A DNA stretch of 63,027 nucleotides, counting the filler, from Sphacelaria rigidula (lineage: Eukaryota), in assembly GCA_964200075.2 (NCBI GenBank). It is 10 parts of 10 records of this genome, joined end to end, with 100 filler letters (N's around TTAATTAATTAA, not from the genome) between each part and the next. Parts side by side here need not be neighbours in the genome. Positions count along the whole stretch, not along the records: positions 44,192 to 50,403 come from CAXNAA020021475.1; positions 50,504 to 56,715 come from CAXNAA020021476.1; positions 56,816 to 63,027 come from CAXNAA020021477.1; 7 more parts are not named here. One strand, 5' to 3'. Position numbers and translations under genes: made by a program. Below the pieces are notes generated by a model that did no database searches, was not told where the DNA came from, and worked only from the letters and a program-made list of their open reading frames with translations. Below, one piece after another: positions 49,414 through 62,164 of the stretch (positions are counted from its first letter, which is position 1; every line of letters begins with the position of its first letter).

Positions 49414-49550
49414 GAGCAATGCTATGGTAGGGGTTGCACTGTTTTGGCTAAAACCCTTCTCGGGGCTACTCGGGGTGTTGGACGAGTTATTTTCAAAAAC
49501 AAAGACTGAAAATGATGCCGATTCACGTGAAGGCCCCTGCGTACAAACAC
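49414..49550 (+). mobile_element. Left end of a GAG-terminus (Sola-like) element related to the tandem-array unit
   Basis: GAGCAATGCTATGGTAGGGGTTGCAC...CTCGGGGTGTTGGACG...CTGAAAATGATGCCGATTCACG...CCCCTGCGTACA matches 11480-11625. Confidence 0.7.
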
Positions 49551-51369
49551 CTTTTTCTGGGAGTCTGGACCAGTCTTACGCCAAAAGAATAAAAAAGAAA
49601 TAATCGGAACAGAATCCGACACATTTTCGCCCGAGTACGAAAGCGCACACCGCGCAACCCCAGATTCAGCAAGATGGGGTTGTTGTCTGTAGTCTACATG
49701 ACATGTGGTCAGAGTTTCAGCACGTAAATGCACTGACAGCGCTTGCACGGCCGTGTCTCCTGAAGTGAGCGCCTCTACAGGCGATACCAAGATAGGTACC
49801 GCGCAGAATGACATCATCCAGAGTGTGCGCAATACGGATCGATGTGTTCGTTTGCCGGGGCAGGAGCCACCCAGTAGGAAGTGAGCGTATCTGCGTGTCA
49901 ACATATGCATCCACTGACGTCTCACGCAGTCTGAGCCGAGGGGACTGCGTTTTGAGGGCGTATCGATGGCATTGCCCATAATCCGTATTTTGCTTCGTGC
50001 GTCTAGCGCACCACGTAAAACGTGCCGCCGCTCCGGGAATATACTGTCTGTGTTGTGGTGTATCTCTGTGCCAAGTTTCAGGCTGGTTACAACAGACACG
50101 GCGGAGAAATCTACAAGCAAAATAACCCTTGATTCGTACCGAAAATACAGTACTCAACCCTGTTAGGCCGCCTCTTGTAGACTGAAAAAAGTCTCTTGAG
50201 AAACGTCATGTTGGACGACTTTTCTCAGAGACTTTCTCCAGAGAAATCAGTTTTCAAAACCCCACCTTAACCAAGGGGCCCTACAGACTGGAAAACGGTG
50301 TTCACCGCCCCAATTTCCCGAAAACCTCACTCTGGGCGACCGGGGGGGGGGGGGGGTCCCCCATTTTGGGGGGTAGGGCACCCCCCCATCCGAGGGGGGA
50401 TCGNNNNNNNNNNNNNNNNNNNNNNNNNNNNNNNNNNNNNNNNNNNNTTAATTAATTAANNNNNNNNNNNNNNNNNNNNNNNNNNNNNNNNNNNNNNNNN
50501 NNNATGCGAGGTCAACGGCCATATAACATGCATGATCATGAGTTTCCCTCCCCCCCCCCCCCCCCCCTACCCGTTGTTTCAAGTGAAGAAATTTTTTTCT
50601 TCGACAAGTATTTTGACGTACAGTATAATCAACTTTTGAAACGCTGGAACAGTTTCATTCGGGATTTGTTTCTCAGACTAGTTGTCAATTTCAAATGTCG
50701 AAATTTTGGAGTAGGTAGATGTTGGTAGAATCTGTTCGTTCACGGGACTCATATCCAAATGTTGTGTTGTTGGGGCAATGCGGAGCAAATCTTAGTTTAT
50801 TTGGCTACAACGCAGTTAAAAACTCAAGGACTGAGAAAACTAACCGTGCGAGTATCAATTGTGACAGTCGGGACTAGTTCGACCAAGCGATGATGTAAAA
50901 AAATGAGATCCTGAGGCTACATGCTCATCGGACCCAAGACGACCGCTCAGCCCGTGAGCCGGTCAAACATTGAAATGATGAATTATGTTCCTTTCGAATT
51001 TTTGCCGAGTATAAGTATCTCTCGATGCCCAAACAGGGGATCAGAAGTCCACCGTGAACGATCTTGGGCATCGATAACCCTGAAAATCGCCTTCAACCAG
51101 AAATATCAAGCACAAATCCAAATGTTGACTGCTCCACAATGTACAGTTGTCGTTATATCTAAACTGCTGCGGCTGACGACATGCCGCGCTCCTCCTGAGC
51201 AGAGCTGCGGGAAAATTCTAGTGTTGCACAGAAGCACAAATACCGACAACCACAACAAACGTCCAAGACTACCGGGCACGAAACACGAACACAACCCCGT
51301 AACAATAGCTAAACAGGAGACATCCCCACAACAAGTTGACGCCGTACAGTATTTACAACATACGTCTCT

Positions 51370-54136
51370 CTATTCAATAATTCCCCACACAACACCCAGA
51401 TGCACGTGCGTCACCCAGGCACCCATGCAAACCGCCACACCGCCGACAATTCCCCAGTACACAAATCCGTCGGTATTCTGAAGCACGGACAACGCCGGCT
51501 TGACACGGGCGTAAAAATTTGACCACCCGAACGACTCGAAATCGACGAGCGCGATGATGCCCAACAAAAATACAATGAGCCCCCCCACGAGACTGTATCG
51601 CACTGTGGACTGCAACTTCGCGTCAGAAACCACCGTCATCCCTATAGCAGCTCCGATACCCCACCCGACACATAAAGTCGCCAAACGTGACCGGGCGCTC
51701 GCTGCGCTTCCACCGAAACAACTGTGCACACATCTACGGACGCACAACCCAACTAGCGCGGCCGCAAAACATGCGGCAATTACTGAACCAGATACGATCA
51801 GATCTGTCCTGAGCTTGGACGAATCCATGACGACTGAGTGGCTGAACGTCCCGCCCATGATGAAACTGGCAACGACCAAGGCAGCCCACGTAACTGCGAA
51901 AAACGGGTCCTCACAAACAACATCACGGAACACGTCGAAACAGAGAAACAGGCTATGTACTCTCTTCGAGCCTTTCGTTGTTGCAACCAGAGCCGATCGC
52001 TTTGCCACCACCGCCGCCCCTAGTTTCCACACGGCATCGTTGACCACTAGTGCACAGCAAGTCACGGTGCCGGGGTAAAACGCGAACGTGAAGTAGGGCT
52101 TGATCACTTGGCTCAGACTGCGCGAGGAGGCAACATCAGCGCTGGTGGTGGAGCTATTCGTGTTCAACGACGGCGAGACAGCGTAGGGATCTCCCAAGTA
52201 CAGTACTCCCACCAACGCGAGCCAAAAGCTGAAGCCCACGATCTCCAGCACCCAGAACAAGCGCCACCTGACCTTTTTCGTCCGGAGTAGCATCATCATC
52301 TTCTCGTCCTGGCGGCCACCACGACGCGTGAAACCATCCAAATCGAGACAGGAAAGTACAAGAACATAGCCCTTTGAAACGTGCATACGCTGACGGAAAA
52401 CGAAACACTCACTGGGCTTGTCTACATGAACGCAAGTGTTTTCGTTTTTTTCGCGCCAAACGAAAGAAACGAGTAGTCTATACAAAAATATTCAGAAAAC
52501 GCGACACGGAACACCACGCGTATCTCAGCGACTGACGGGTACTGCTATCGCAGAATAGTTCAGCTTCCAGCATCCCCCCAAGTCAATTGCTGCGCTCTGG
52601 TCGTCAAACTGATACATCGTCGGCCAACAAAGGAGAATTGTTCGTGGGTTCGAATCCCGATACCGATTTCCGTCGTGTAGAGCGTGAGAACGTAGCTTAA
52701 CCAGAAAATCCATGAAAGTTGACGGGCTGCGGTAGTGCCGACAGTCATCATCCAATGCTGCACAGCTAATTGCAAGGCACGTACGCGTACCGGAGGGAGA
52801 ATTTGATTATTCACTGAGGCTAGGGACTCATCTTCAGGAAGAGGGCGGAGTACAAGTATGGCGAAAAAATACAATCCCCGCTCGCACTCACCACATCATT
52901 GATGAAAAGCACCGTTGCCGCGCCGGTCACCAGCTCGGCATTCCCGATCGCATCGGCAAAGAGCACACACATGGAAGCATATACCAGCAGGAACATCGAG
53001 CACAGGAGGAAGAATCCGAATGCGCGGCGCAAGACGGAACGCCGCGAGAACAAGACGAGAACATAACCCGCGCGGATATCCGGCGCCGCGATGACCACCA
53101 TGAGGTACATGGCCAAGCCAACCGAAAAGATTGAGTAGCTCGTGCCTTCCTCTGCGTCTCCCGCGTTGAAAATTAGCGAGATGTAGGACACGATTTGCGT
53201 CTGTGTAGGGGAGGGGACGATGCAAAAACACTGGGAGGTGACTTTCGATACCGAAAACCTTGACATTTCCAGCTTTTCAACAGACCCAAGCTCGGTTTTT
53301 TCCGTCTGCGTCAGCAACATGCTCAGGAATTAAGCAAAGCATTAGCATTTGCGCTACGGTACTGAGACTATTTCACTACGTTCCTTCACGTGGTGCTGCG
53401 CGCCTTTCCTCGAGTTTGCTGCAGCCCAACAATGCCTCTCGAGAACATACCGAGTGTATTGATGACATCCCATCTATTCTGCTCGCCAGTCTACACCTTT
53501 CGGCATGAGTGGGCGCATCAGCCGGGGTCATACAGGAGGAAGGGCAACACACACAGGAGTTCTTCATGTTTCATGTTGTTTTAGTACCCCACCTCCCTTA
53601 CTCGGTGCTTGTCTTCCTTGTCACGAAAAGATTTCAGCGGTCCCTTTTTTTTGTCGATGGTGAAGTCGAATATTATGTTCCCACGACAAAGTCGCTCTCC
53701 ACTGTTGGGCACGATGTGAGAAAAATCCCAGATCGTGTGATTCACCGAGATTCGAATCCCACGTCCCAATTGTATGAGGGTTTGAGGTTATCAACTGAGC
53801 CACCAGGGCGACCGGCTAATAGTGCCGTTTGATATATCAGTCACACCAACGAAGCAGAACAGTCCACAGGATGATGCAGTCAAGGAATATCATGGGTAAT
53901 GTACTCATATCACGCGTTTTTTTTTTCCCCTCTTACCGCGAGTGTGATCCAGCCGACCGCCATGTCTGTCGCAGTGACATCTTCGTCCGACGGCGACTCC
54001 TTTACCCCACAAGCCCACAAGTACACAGAATCAGGCATATGCTGCACCAGTTTTTCCTCCATGCTTCTGTCTTGACCGTCTCTCCCTGTATCATCGCCTT
54101 GGCTGTCATTCGTCTTATCGCCATGTCCGTCGCTAC
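51370..54136 (-). CDS. Uncharacterised polytopic membrane protein (partial, at least 3 exons)
   Basis: Phase-consistent exons: 54136-53937 (..MPDSVYLWACG..AVGWITLA), 53200-52892 (TQIVSYISLIF...GAATVLFINDV), 52308-51370 (DEKMMM..., many hydrophobic segments). Confidence 0.8.
53453..53816 (-). mobile_element. Full-length tRNA-derived SINE (~360 bp) in an intron
   Basis: The minus strand begins GCCGGTCGCCCTGGTGGCTCAGTTGA (A box) ... GGATTCGAATCTC (B box). The body and 3' end (CCGAAAGGTGTAGACTGG..AGAATAGATGGGA) are shared with the other copies. Confidence 0.88.
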
Positions 54137-57000
54137 CTGAGGGAGCAGACGTGCCAGAAATTTATGCAGGACTCCATTCGCACGCCTTCACGAAAGGATT
54201 CCATCTGTTGTAAGCACATTCTAGCGACTTCAAGCGCAGCGCCTATTCATTTTCGCGTAATTCCGATAAATGTTTTAGCCCGAACATACAAGGGGCGTAG
54301 ACGCAGTGTAGCTTTCGGTGGGGCACAAATTGCCACCGGAACATTTTTTTCACCACTCGTACCTGCCAGCGGGCGATCATCATCTCCATGTGCACTTCTT
54401 CTACTGTAGGAAGTAGAGCCCGCAGCGCTATCGCCGATGCGTTTTAAACTGTCGTTGAATCTCCCATCTGCCTCGGCGTCAACCTAGGCCATTGGTCGGT
54501 ACGAAAAGGAAGTGAGGGGTGGGTCAAAACATGGACATTTCCAATGCATTTTCTGGGACCTCCGCAACGGACGATGCTCATCATTCCCAGCCGGAAATTT
54601 TTGAAAAGGCAAACCGTTTTCTGGCAACATGAGACTGCGAGATCCACGAATAGCGTAAAACAGCGTTTCTCAAGGAAAGAGGCGAAGCCGAACGAATGCT
54701 GTCTAGACTATCCAGGAATGTTTTGAATTTAGTGTGCTCGTCCTATCGCCCATCGGTGAGCAATCGATGAGAGATGAAAACGGTTGTTATAATCGGAATT
54801 CCCGAACACATCACCCTGGGTATTTGTCGGGAAAGATTGTCCTTGATCCGCACCACCGAGGTAGAAACCAAAGGAGGAGAAGAAAGTCGATATCCGCCGC
54901 TGCCGCACGTCGCAAGACGTTCCTCGGCGGGGGCCGAGTAGCTGCTGCTCCAACGGTCGCGGGCTTGTGGTGTGTTTTCCGCTGTGACGGCAGGGCAACG
55001 CGCGGCATGGAAAATCAATCGGGTTGAGGCAGTGTGGTGAAACTGGGGTTCAGCGCAATTTTCGACGTGTTTGTTGCTTGTTGCTTTTACATACATTTGT
55101 CCTGGTATCACTTAAAAGACACTCTAAGCGACAGCATCTTTTTTGGGTGTCGTTTCTCGCGGAACAGTACACTTGAGAGTACAGCACAGGTACTGGAACA
55201 GCTGAGGACAATAATGCTCCCGATTCATCGTTCTTCGACACTGCACAGTACTACGGGTAAGACAAAGCAAGCCTTGAAAGCGTTTCGTGCAAACACGCGT
55301 CGCTACCAGGACGACATCAAATAGGGCATACAATACTATACTGTGGGCAGAGCAGAATATCCCCCTAAACATCGGACATGTGCCACCTATACTGAGAACT
55401 GCACCGATTATACCACGGCGCCAAATGCGCTGTTTGCAACCCTTCAAGGCCCACAGATCTCATAACCGGGCGTCGAAACATCACATAATGAGTGTTTCTT
55501 CCCGGATGGTGCTAAAGCAGTCACACTGAGAGGGATTGGACCGATCAAGCGACCAGCGACCAACATCCTGTTGGCTGACTTGTTTGTTTTCGATTCGTCT
55601 TTTGTTTTCATGCGGCCTCTTTACCGTAAGCGGCGGAGGCCTGCCGTTTCGTCTCTCGTTTTCTCTCTCTACTGTACTCCCTCCTTTCTCATTTCAATTC
55701 ACCGTTTCTCGAGTTTCCACCGCGAGTATATTTTCCCCCCGTACGTTCCTCGCGTGACCACCGCTGGATTCATATCGGATCAGTTATCAGTCCATGTGCG
55801 ACAATCAACCAATCAATTTCATCGAATTTACAACTAGGGCTAAATTCCCCCCGGCGTAAAAACATGGATGGGAACATGAAGAGGGCCTTGTTCAGGGAAG
55901 AAAAGGCCATGCACACACATGGCGGGAAGCCAAGGCGTCAGTATTGGAGGGTTGAGGCCCACCCCCACGAGGCAACTTGATCGTTTTCCGGCCGAGGGCG
56001 AGAAATATCAGCACAGCGGTCTCCGCAGGTAAGATGGAGGTACCAGGTACGCGTCATGTTTAGACACAACACCGAAAGATGAGTTGGATCGGGGATAATG
56101 CGCCCAGATAAGCCGGCGGGGCAGCGCCCACCATGGAATTCAACGGCCCAGGGAGAGCAACGTCGTCCCCCATCTCCACGTTACGTTGGTCCACGTATTC
56201 GAGGAAAACCACTACCATCACCATTACCAGTCATTCCGACAGGCCGGTCAAGCTCGTCATACAAAGGAGGGCGTAACTGAAGTTACAACTGTCGCCGCTC
56301 TCATCACGGCTGCCGTTTGGCCTAAACGGTGGCAACGTATCCGTGGGCGGTTGTGACACTGGAGGGAACAGCGGACTCGCGTTTTCATTTAGGGGAGACA
56401 TACTGTGGATCCGGGCGCAGTCAGCTAGTTCCAAGAATAATCAGGAGCTGCTTTTCGATGTCAAAGGCCAAATGCACAAGGCATCATGAAAAAGGGGGTG
56501 GTGGCTCCCATTTGGTTGCCGCTGAAATCAATGATTCAATGTCTCACATTGATCTTACCTGAGGCGATAACCGTGGAACGCCAGGGTAAGCACGACAGCG
56601 TGACGGAAATATGTGGAGTGATCCTTCGAGGGCGGGGTGGGGGGGGGGGGGGGGGGGGGGTTGTTAAAAAAAAAAAAGAAAGAGAAGGGGGGGGGGGAAA
56701 AACAACAGCAAAAAANNNNNNNNNNNNNNNNNNNNNNNNNNNNNNNNNNNNNNNNNNNNTTAATTAATTAANNNNNNNNNNNNNNNNNNNNNNNNNNNNN
56801 NNNNNNNNNNNNNNNAAATGGGACGACAACACACACACAAACACCCCCCCCCCCCGCTCCCCCCCATTCCCGTCTATCTTAGGATGACCCGAATAACCAA
56901 ACCAACATTAACCAACCTGGTTCGAAAAAGCAAACGTGGTTCTTAGTCCTTCTCTGACCGAAAGTCGTATTGCCCGATCTTCGACTTTTGGCGCGTGCAG

Positions 57001-57163
57001 CACGAATGCGTTGGACTGGGCATCGGGAAGGGGTCATGCAGACGTCGTCAGCTTCTTGCTGGCCAACAGGCGCGAGGGGTGCACCGAGAAAGCTCTAGAC
57101 TGGAGCTCGCATAACGGCCACAGCCGCATATACACCGATCTATCGCTACACGCAACAAAAAGA
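57001..57163 (+). CDS. Ankyrin-repeat exon (stramenopile-type EGCT..A.DW repeat)
   Basis: TGCAG acceptor; STNALDWASGRGHADVVSFLLANRREGCTEKALDWSSHNGH; putative GTGAGT donor at 57164. Confidence 0.75.
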
Positions 57164-57566
57164 GTGAGTGCAATTGCTGCTCCCTCCCATATCGGAACCT
57201 TTCACAGGTCGGACAGCTCATCAGCTACCTGAATATTACTTCTTATTAGTGTGCTGATCTTGTGAATGATGACCACATGTACGCCCGCGCGCGCCGCCCC
57301 TCATCCGGCTGTTTTGTGGATAAGTATCATGTTCCGTGAAGAAGTCAGCGTATTATGTGAACTTGAGACCAGCCGGATGTTTGTTTGTTTTTTCTCGTTT
57401 TTTGGGGGGTATTCTACAGAATAGATCAAGACTTCACTTGTGTACAAATGTATTTAAATATACCGCACGATGTCTACTCTCGTCGAATTGAAGTGTGCTG
57501 CACGCCTTACCATGCTTTTCAACGGCAAGACATCTCGTAATGCTGCCGTAGGAAATATATATATTT

Positions 57567-57640
57567 CGGGATTCGAAGCGGAAACCCTTCGCTCTAACCA
57601 GCTGTTGCTGTGGCCCCTTACACCACGGGGGTGCGGCGGC
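57567..57640 (-). mobile_element. tRNA-like head of a second SINE family (or a tRNA pseudogene)
   Basis: The minus strand reads GCCGCCGCACCCCCGTGGTGTAAGGGG (A-box-like) ... GCTTCGAATCCCG (B-box-like). It does not form a complete cloverleaf. Confidence 0.5.
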
Positions 57641-60600
57641 AAAGCCATGCATCACTTACTGCATCACTTATCTCTTGTCCACGACGCGCATTCTTTACAG
57701 GATAATCTGTGGGTTGGTTGGAGAGGAGTGAAATGAAGAAGAGTTCAAAATCACGCCCCTTTTTCCGGGGAGGGGGGCGGGGGGCGGAATATGAGTCGCT
57801 CAAACAATCAGACAAATTATTGAGCAACTAGCATACGCATTTTTTTCCAGTGTTGTTGTTTCGGGTGTTGTATATATTACTCTATACATACATGTACATA
57901 TTGTTGTTACAAAATGCCGGTTTCTCCGGTTTGGATGACGCGTGTGCTCTGCTGCTCTTGGCTCAAGTTTTAACAGTGTGCCATGATTGCCGTGATTGGT
58001 GCACTTGTCCTGTCCGATAGGCGAACTCGACAAGATTGGCCGGAGGTACAACTGAGCACATGTCATGCGGTCCTTGTACCATAGCTTGAGGGGGTGCATA
58101 AGGGGATGATGCTGTCCCTGCCCCATCACTGGAGGGCGCGGTACACGAACTGCCGATGACATACTCTTGGAGCACTCGCGAGAATTTTCCGAGAATATGC
58201 GGCTGATTATGAGGGGATGTTTTCTCGGGACAACCTCGGAACAATTAGCGCGCCCTAGGCTCCGTCAAACTGGGTGATTTCCCGGGCAGGGAGTGAGCTC
58301 TCATGTGTAAGGGTGTGTGTGCAATTGGTGCTATGTCATGGGTGGGGGCAGGAGGGTGGGGGGAGGCTCTTGTATGTGTGAAGTGTTTTGCACGTGTGTT
58401 ACGATTGTCGTCGGTACGGCTCTGCCGCAAGTGTGTCCTTTAAATGGTCATCATCTATTCCCAACCATGGGAGTACTAGGAGCGCTATACTAGCGACCGC
58501 AGGCGAGGCCTACACGACGTGTGTTAAATTTGCGGCATGACGGGTACAAAGTACCACTTATAATATGTATACAGTTATACATATCTATGTATGCCATACT
58601 TCAGGTTTTAGACCCTCTGGTGTGACCATCAGGGGCAATGGGAAGTTCAACGTATTGATTCCACGAGGCGGCCATTTGAACCCTGGTTCATGTTACCAAC
58701 CTCGTGCTTTACCTGTACCTCTCATGACGCAAAGGGACACCCGGCGTCGGCTCTTGTCTGCCGAGCGAGGGCTCACACTGCCTTGAAATCCCGGATGTCG
58801 CATGTTACGGGACAATCGAGGTTGGTGTCCGTGTAACACACTCGGTATCGTGCGGTATACGTGTTGTACCAGTCGGGACTCGTTGTCATTGACTGGCTTG
58901 TGGTTCATATTATTTCGCACACAGGCTGGCAGGAAGAACAGTAATGTCTTGTGGTGTGCGATAGTCCGTTTCAACTGTTGAAATGTTTGAATATTGGGTT
59001 CCGCGTGGACAGTTGAAGGCTTAGCCATTCAGCATGTGTATACTATATAGTATATAACATACACGTTTCATTTTCTTGAAAGCGAGAAGAATATGAAAAT
59101 GCTGTTGAATCGCTTTACTCTGGGAACCAAAAAGTAGACTGTATTTTGGGGGTTTGCATAGGGAGGGGGGAAGAGAAAAGGAAAAAAAAGGATTGATTTT
59201 TTGTTTTATTTTATGGTCAGAAAACAAGGGATCCATTGCTCGGCCGTTGGTCGGGAAATAAGTACTGCACCCGTCGCGTAAAACGTGGTAGGATTTTACG
59301 CACAGGCAATGTATCTCATATTTGTCTTCTGTTTTATTTTTTATCAGGGGGGGGAGGTAAACGGGATGTCGTTTGCAACATTAAAATGAGAGGGAAATTG
59401 CTGGAAAGGATAGCATACAAGATGTAGGCGAAATTTGGCACACGGTTGTCTTCAAGAATTTCAGTGGCGCCCTCTGACCGACTTTGAGGGGTACCCCGTG
59501 TTGTGCAAAATAGAGTTTGTCGTTGCTGCTCAATGCGGCGAGGCACCCACTCGATATCATGTTATTATGCTACAGTATAATGGTGGTTTCGTCTTGTTCT
59601 CTTCTCTTGTTTCCTTCAATTGCCCTGCATTTTTCCCCTCAATTTTTTCCTACCCGTTGCTTTTTTTTGTCGGGGTGTGCGATACATGAGCTGGTCCATT
59701 AGATTTTTTCGAGCACCACATGAAGAGAGATGGAGAGGGGGGGGGGAGATGCGGGAAAGGAAAGAGAGCATTCTATTGGTTTAACGCCCATATAAGAATA
59801 TTTTGCATCCTTGAAACTTTCCTCTTGTGGCATATGTACATCATTGAATGTAGAGCCACGGCGCGTATACAACATGCATTGAATCTTTTTAAATTTTTGC
59901 ATCACGCAAAATCCTGCCTCAATGCAGGCACTCTCCCCTACGCCTTCTTGAGCTTGAGTACTCCCATTTACCACTTGCGTTTTTCCATTGTGGAGGATGA
60001 CAAGCGAAGAATTTGCAACCCCATTCTGGGGAGGTTCATGTCCGGCATGATGTGTGTATGGGTTTGAATATATTTCGCAGCGTATCCATTTAGGGGTGGT
60101 GAGGTCACCAGGGAAACATGGAGGTGAAATTTGTTTCAGGAGCTGGAGGATGGAGAGGCTGTTGGCGTTTCTCTTGGGTGTTTGTGATGATGAGGATTTG
60201 TCGATGTAGTCGTCGGTGAAGGATGACTCTTCCGTGTACCTCGAAAGGATTCCGTTAAAGTCGTTTGTCACATGCCGTGTCGTTTGATCGTCGCTGTCGG
60301 TCTAGAGTGTAATTATCTCTATATTTACGTTTTGAATGAGCTGAACAGACTAGACGATCGCCGACATGGGGGGGGTTGCTGAGCTCAATTCCTGGCGATC
60401 ACTGTACTGTGGTGTGTAGGTGTCTGCTTCCCAACCTCCATATTTTCGCATCGGCTGATGAGCACGGAACGCTCCGTAGACCACGCCCCCATGTTGCCAT
60501 TTATTCACAGTGCAGAGCTGTGCAATATTGCTTAGCACTCGGGGTTAGCCATGCGAATCATTGCTGTTGGCTTTGCTCGCGTATCGTATTCCGCTGCAGG

Positions 60601-62164
60601 GGGGGGAGGGGGAGGCGCCTACGTGTTGGCACAACAACAGTGACGACTGCATTATTATTGTCTCTTGAAGCAAGCACCGGAACAGCGTGGTGTTGGTAGC
60701 GGTTTATTTGTGCGTTTAACCGCATCACCCGATGAGCTTATATTCTGACGCCCTGTTGCCTCATTTTGGAAAATGGCGATAGGAGTATTCTTACTTTGAC
60801 TCGAAGGCGAGGGATCAAGAGATGACGGTTTCCAGGTGTGTTGCATGTTTCATGTCCCCGTGGGGTTGGTTTGGTTCATTCGGTAAATCGATCGATCTCG
60901 TGACCTATTATGGCACAGCTTGGGCGATTCCATATATGTGTTACAATGTTTATATGGTTCAGATGGCGTTCCAAAAGTTGAGATGGGCATTTTGCGTGTT
61001 GATCCCGAAGTTTAGACCGAAAATAACGGATTATGTATGGCACTGCATCGCGCCCTCATGGCGTTTGCTGGAGACGATGATTATATTACGGTGTGTGAAG
61101 GGTAGCGAGTACTACCAATTATTGCTTGTTTGAAGAAGAGTAGAGAAGGTGAAAACTATTCGCTCGTCTGGAGTAGCAAAAACGTGCCGTAGTAGAGAGC
61201 GTTGTGAATGCGTGCGCAAAATCCCATGTGGCGCCGCGGGGGAAGGGGTGAGATCGTCGCCCGACGTCATGTCCGTGTTCTTTTTAGGGCTTGTGTTGGG
61301 CGTGACGTTCGGTCTTGTGTTGTTGTATACTAGTTTCATTATAACACGTTGTTCCAGTCCCTGCGTGTGTGTCTCCCGGTTGTCTCGATACCTCGTTGGT
61401 ACGATTTTATAAAACCGAATAAGAAAGGAGTAGATGCCATTGGATACAGTACCACAACGGTACCACACGTCGCGCCTTCTTCGCCGCTGCTGGCAACTAA
61501 AGCGATGAGCTCGATGTGGCCGGAAACGAACACCTGCGCCACATTTTTGTCAAGAAAAACGTTCAACATCTTCCCTGCCTCGAGACGTGCCGCATACGGT
61601 CAGTGCTGACTGCGTGAGCGGAGCTGACCGCCGAAGAATCGTTCGTTGCAAATACCGTGTCGTGTCTTGGAATATTTTCTGGCGCAGTATGCGCCAGGTC
61701 AGGCAGCATGCCCCCCCGCCCCCACCTATCGTCTCGAAAGGGATGCGTGGTCAATGGTCACACGACTAAGGCAAGCAACAAATGAGTATGCCCCCTCCCC
61801 CCCCCTCCTCTCCTCTTCCCCCTCCATGTGTGGGGTATAACTGACGCTGTCTCCAGAGGGCCAATAGTGGGGTATAATTCTCGACCACAATCAGCTATAT
61901 TATGGTGTAATAGCAACAGTGGCGGGTATCACCGTACAAGAGAACCGATGCATTCCCAAGACACAGAAAATTCAACCCCCTTCGATTAGAATTGTTCTTA
62001 CCGCTAATAAGTAGTTTGCTGCTTTTTAGCTGAACCAGCTGAAAACGCCTTTTCTTTGAACCATCTCAGTAGCCTATCGTTATTCTTAGGGTGATTCTCG
62101 TTTGGTCTGTTGAAGAACCGTTCAGACGCATAATTCGAACCCAGCGAGGTTTTCGCATCCTGTC

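Noticed and set aside
52643..52660. tRNA gene (GGTTCGAATCCC)
   Set aside because: An isolated B-box with no cloverleaf, probably a SINE head fragment.
59699..60271. 190-aa minus-strand ORF
   Set aside because: No ATG start, no recognisable motif and no convincing splice signals.
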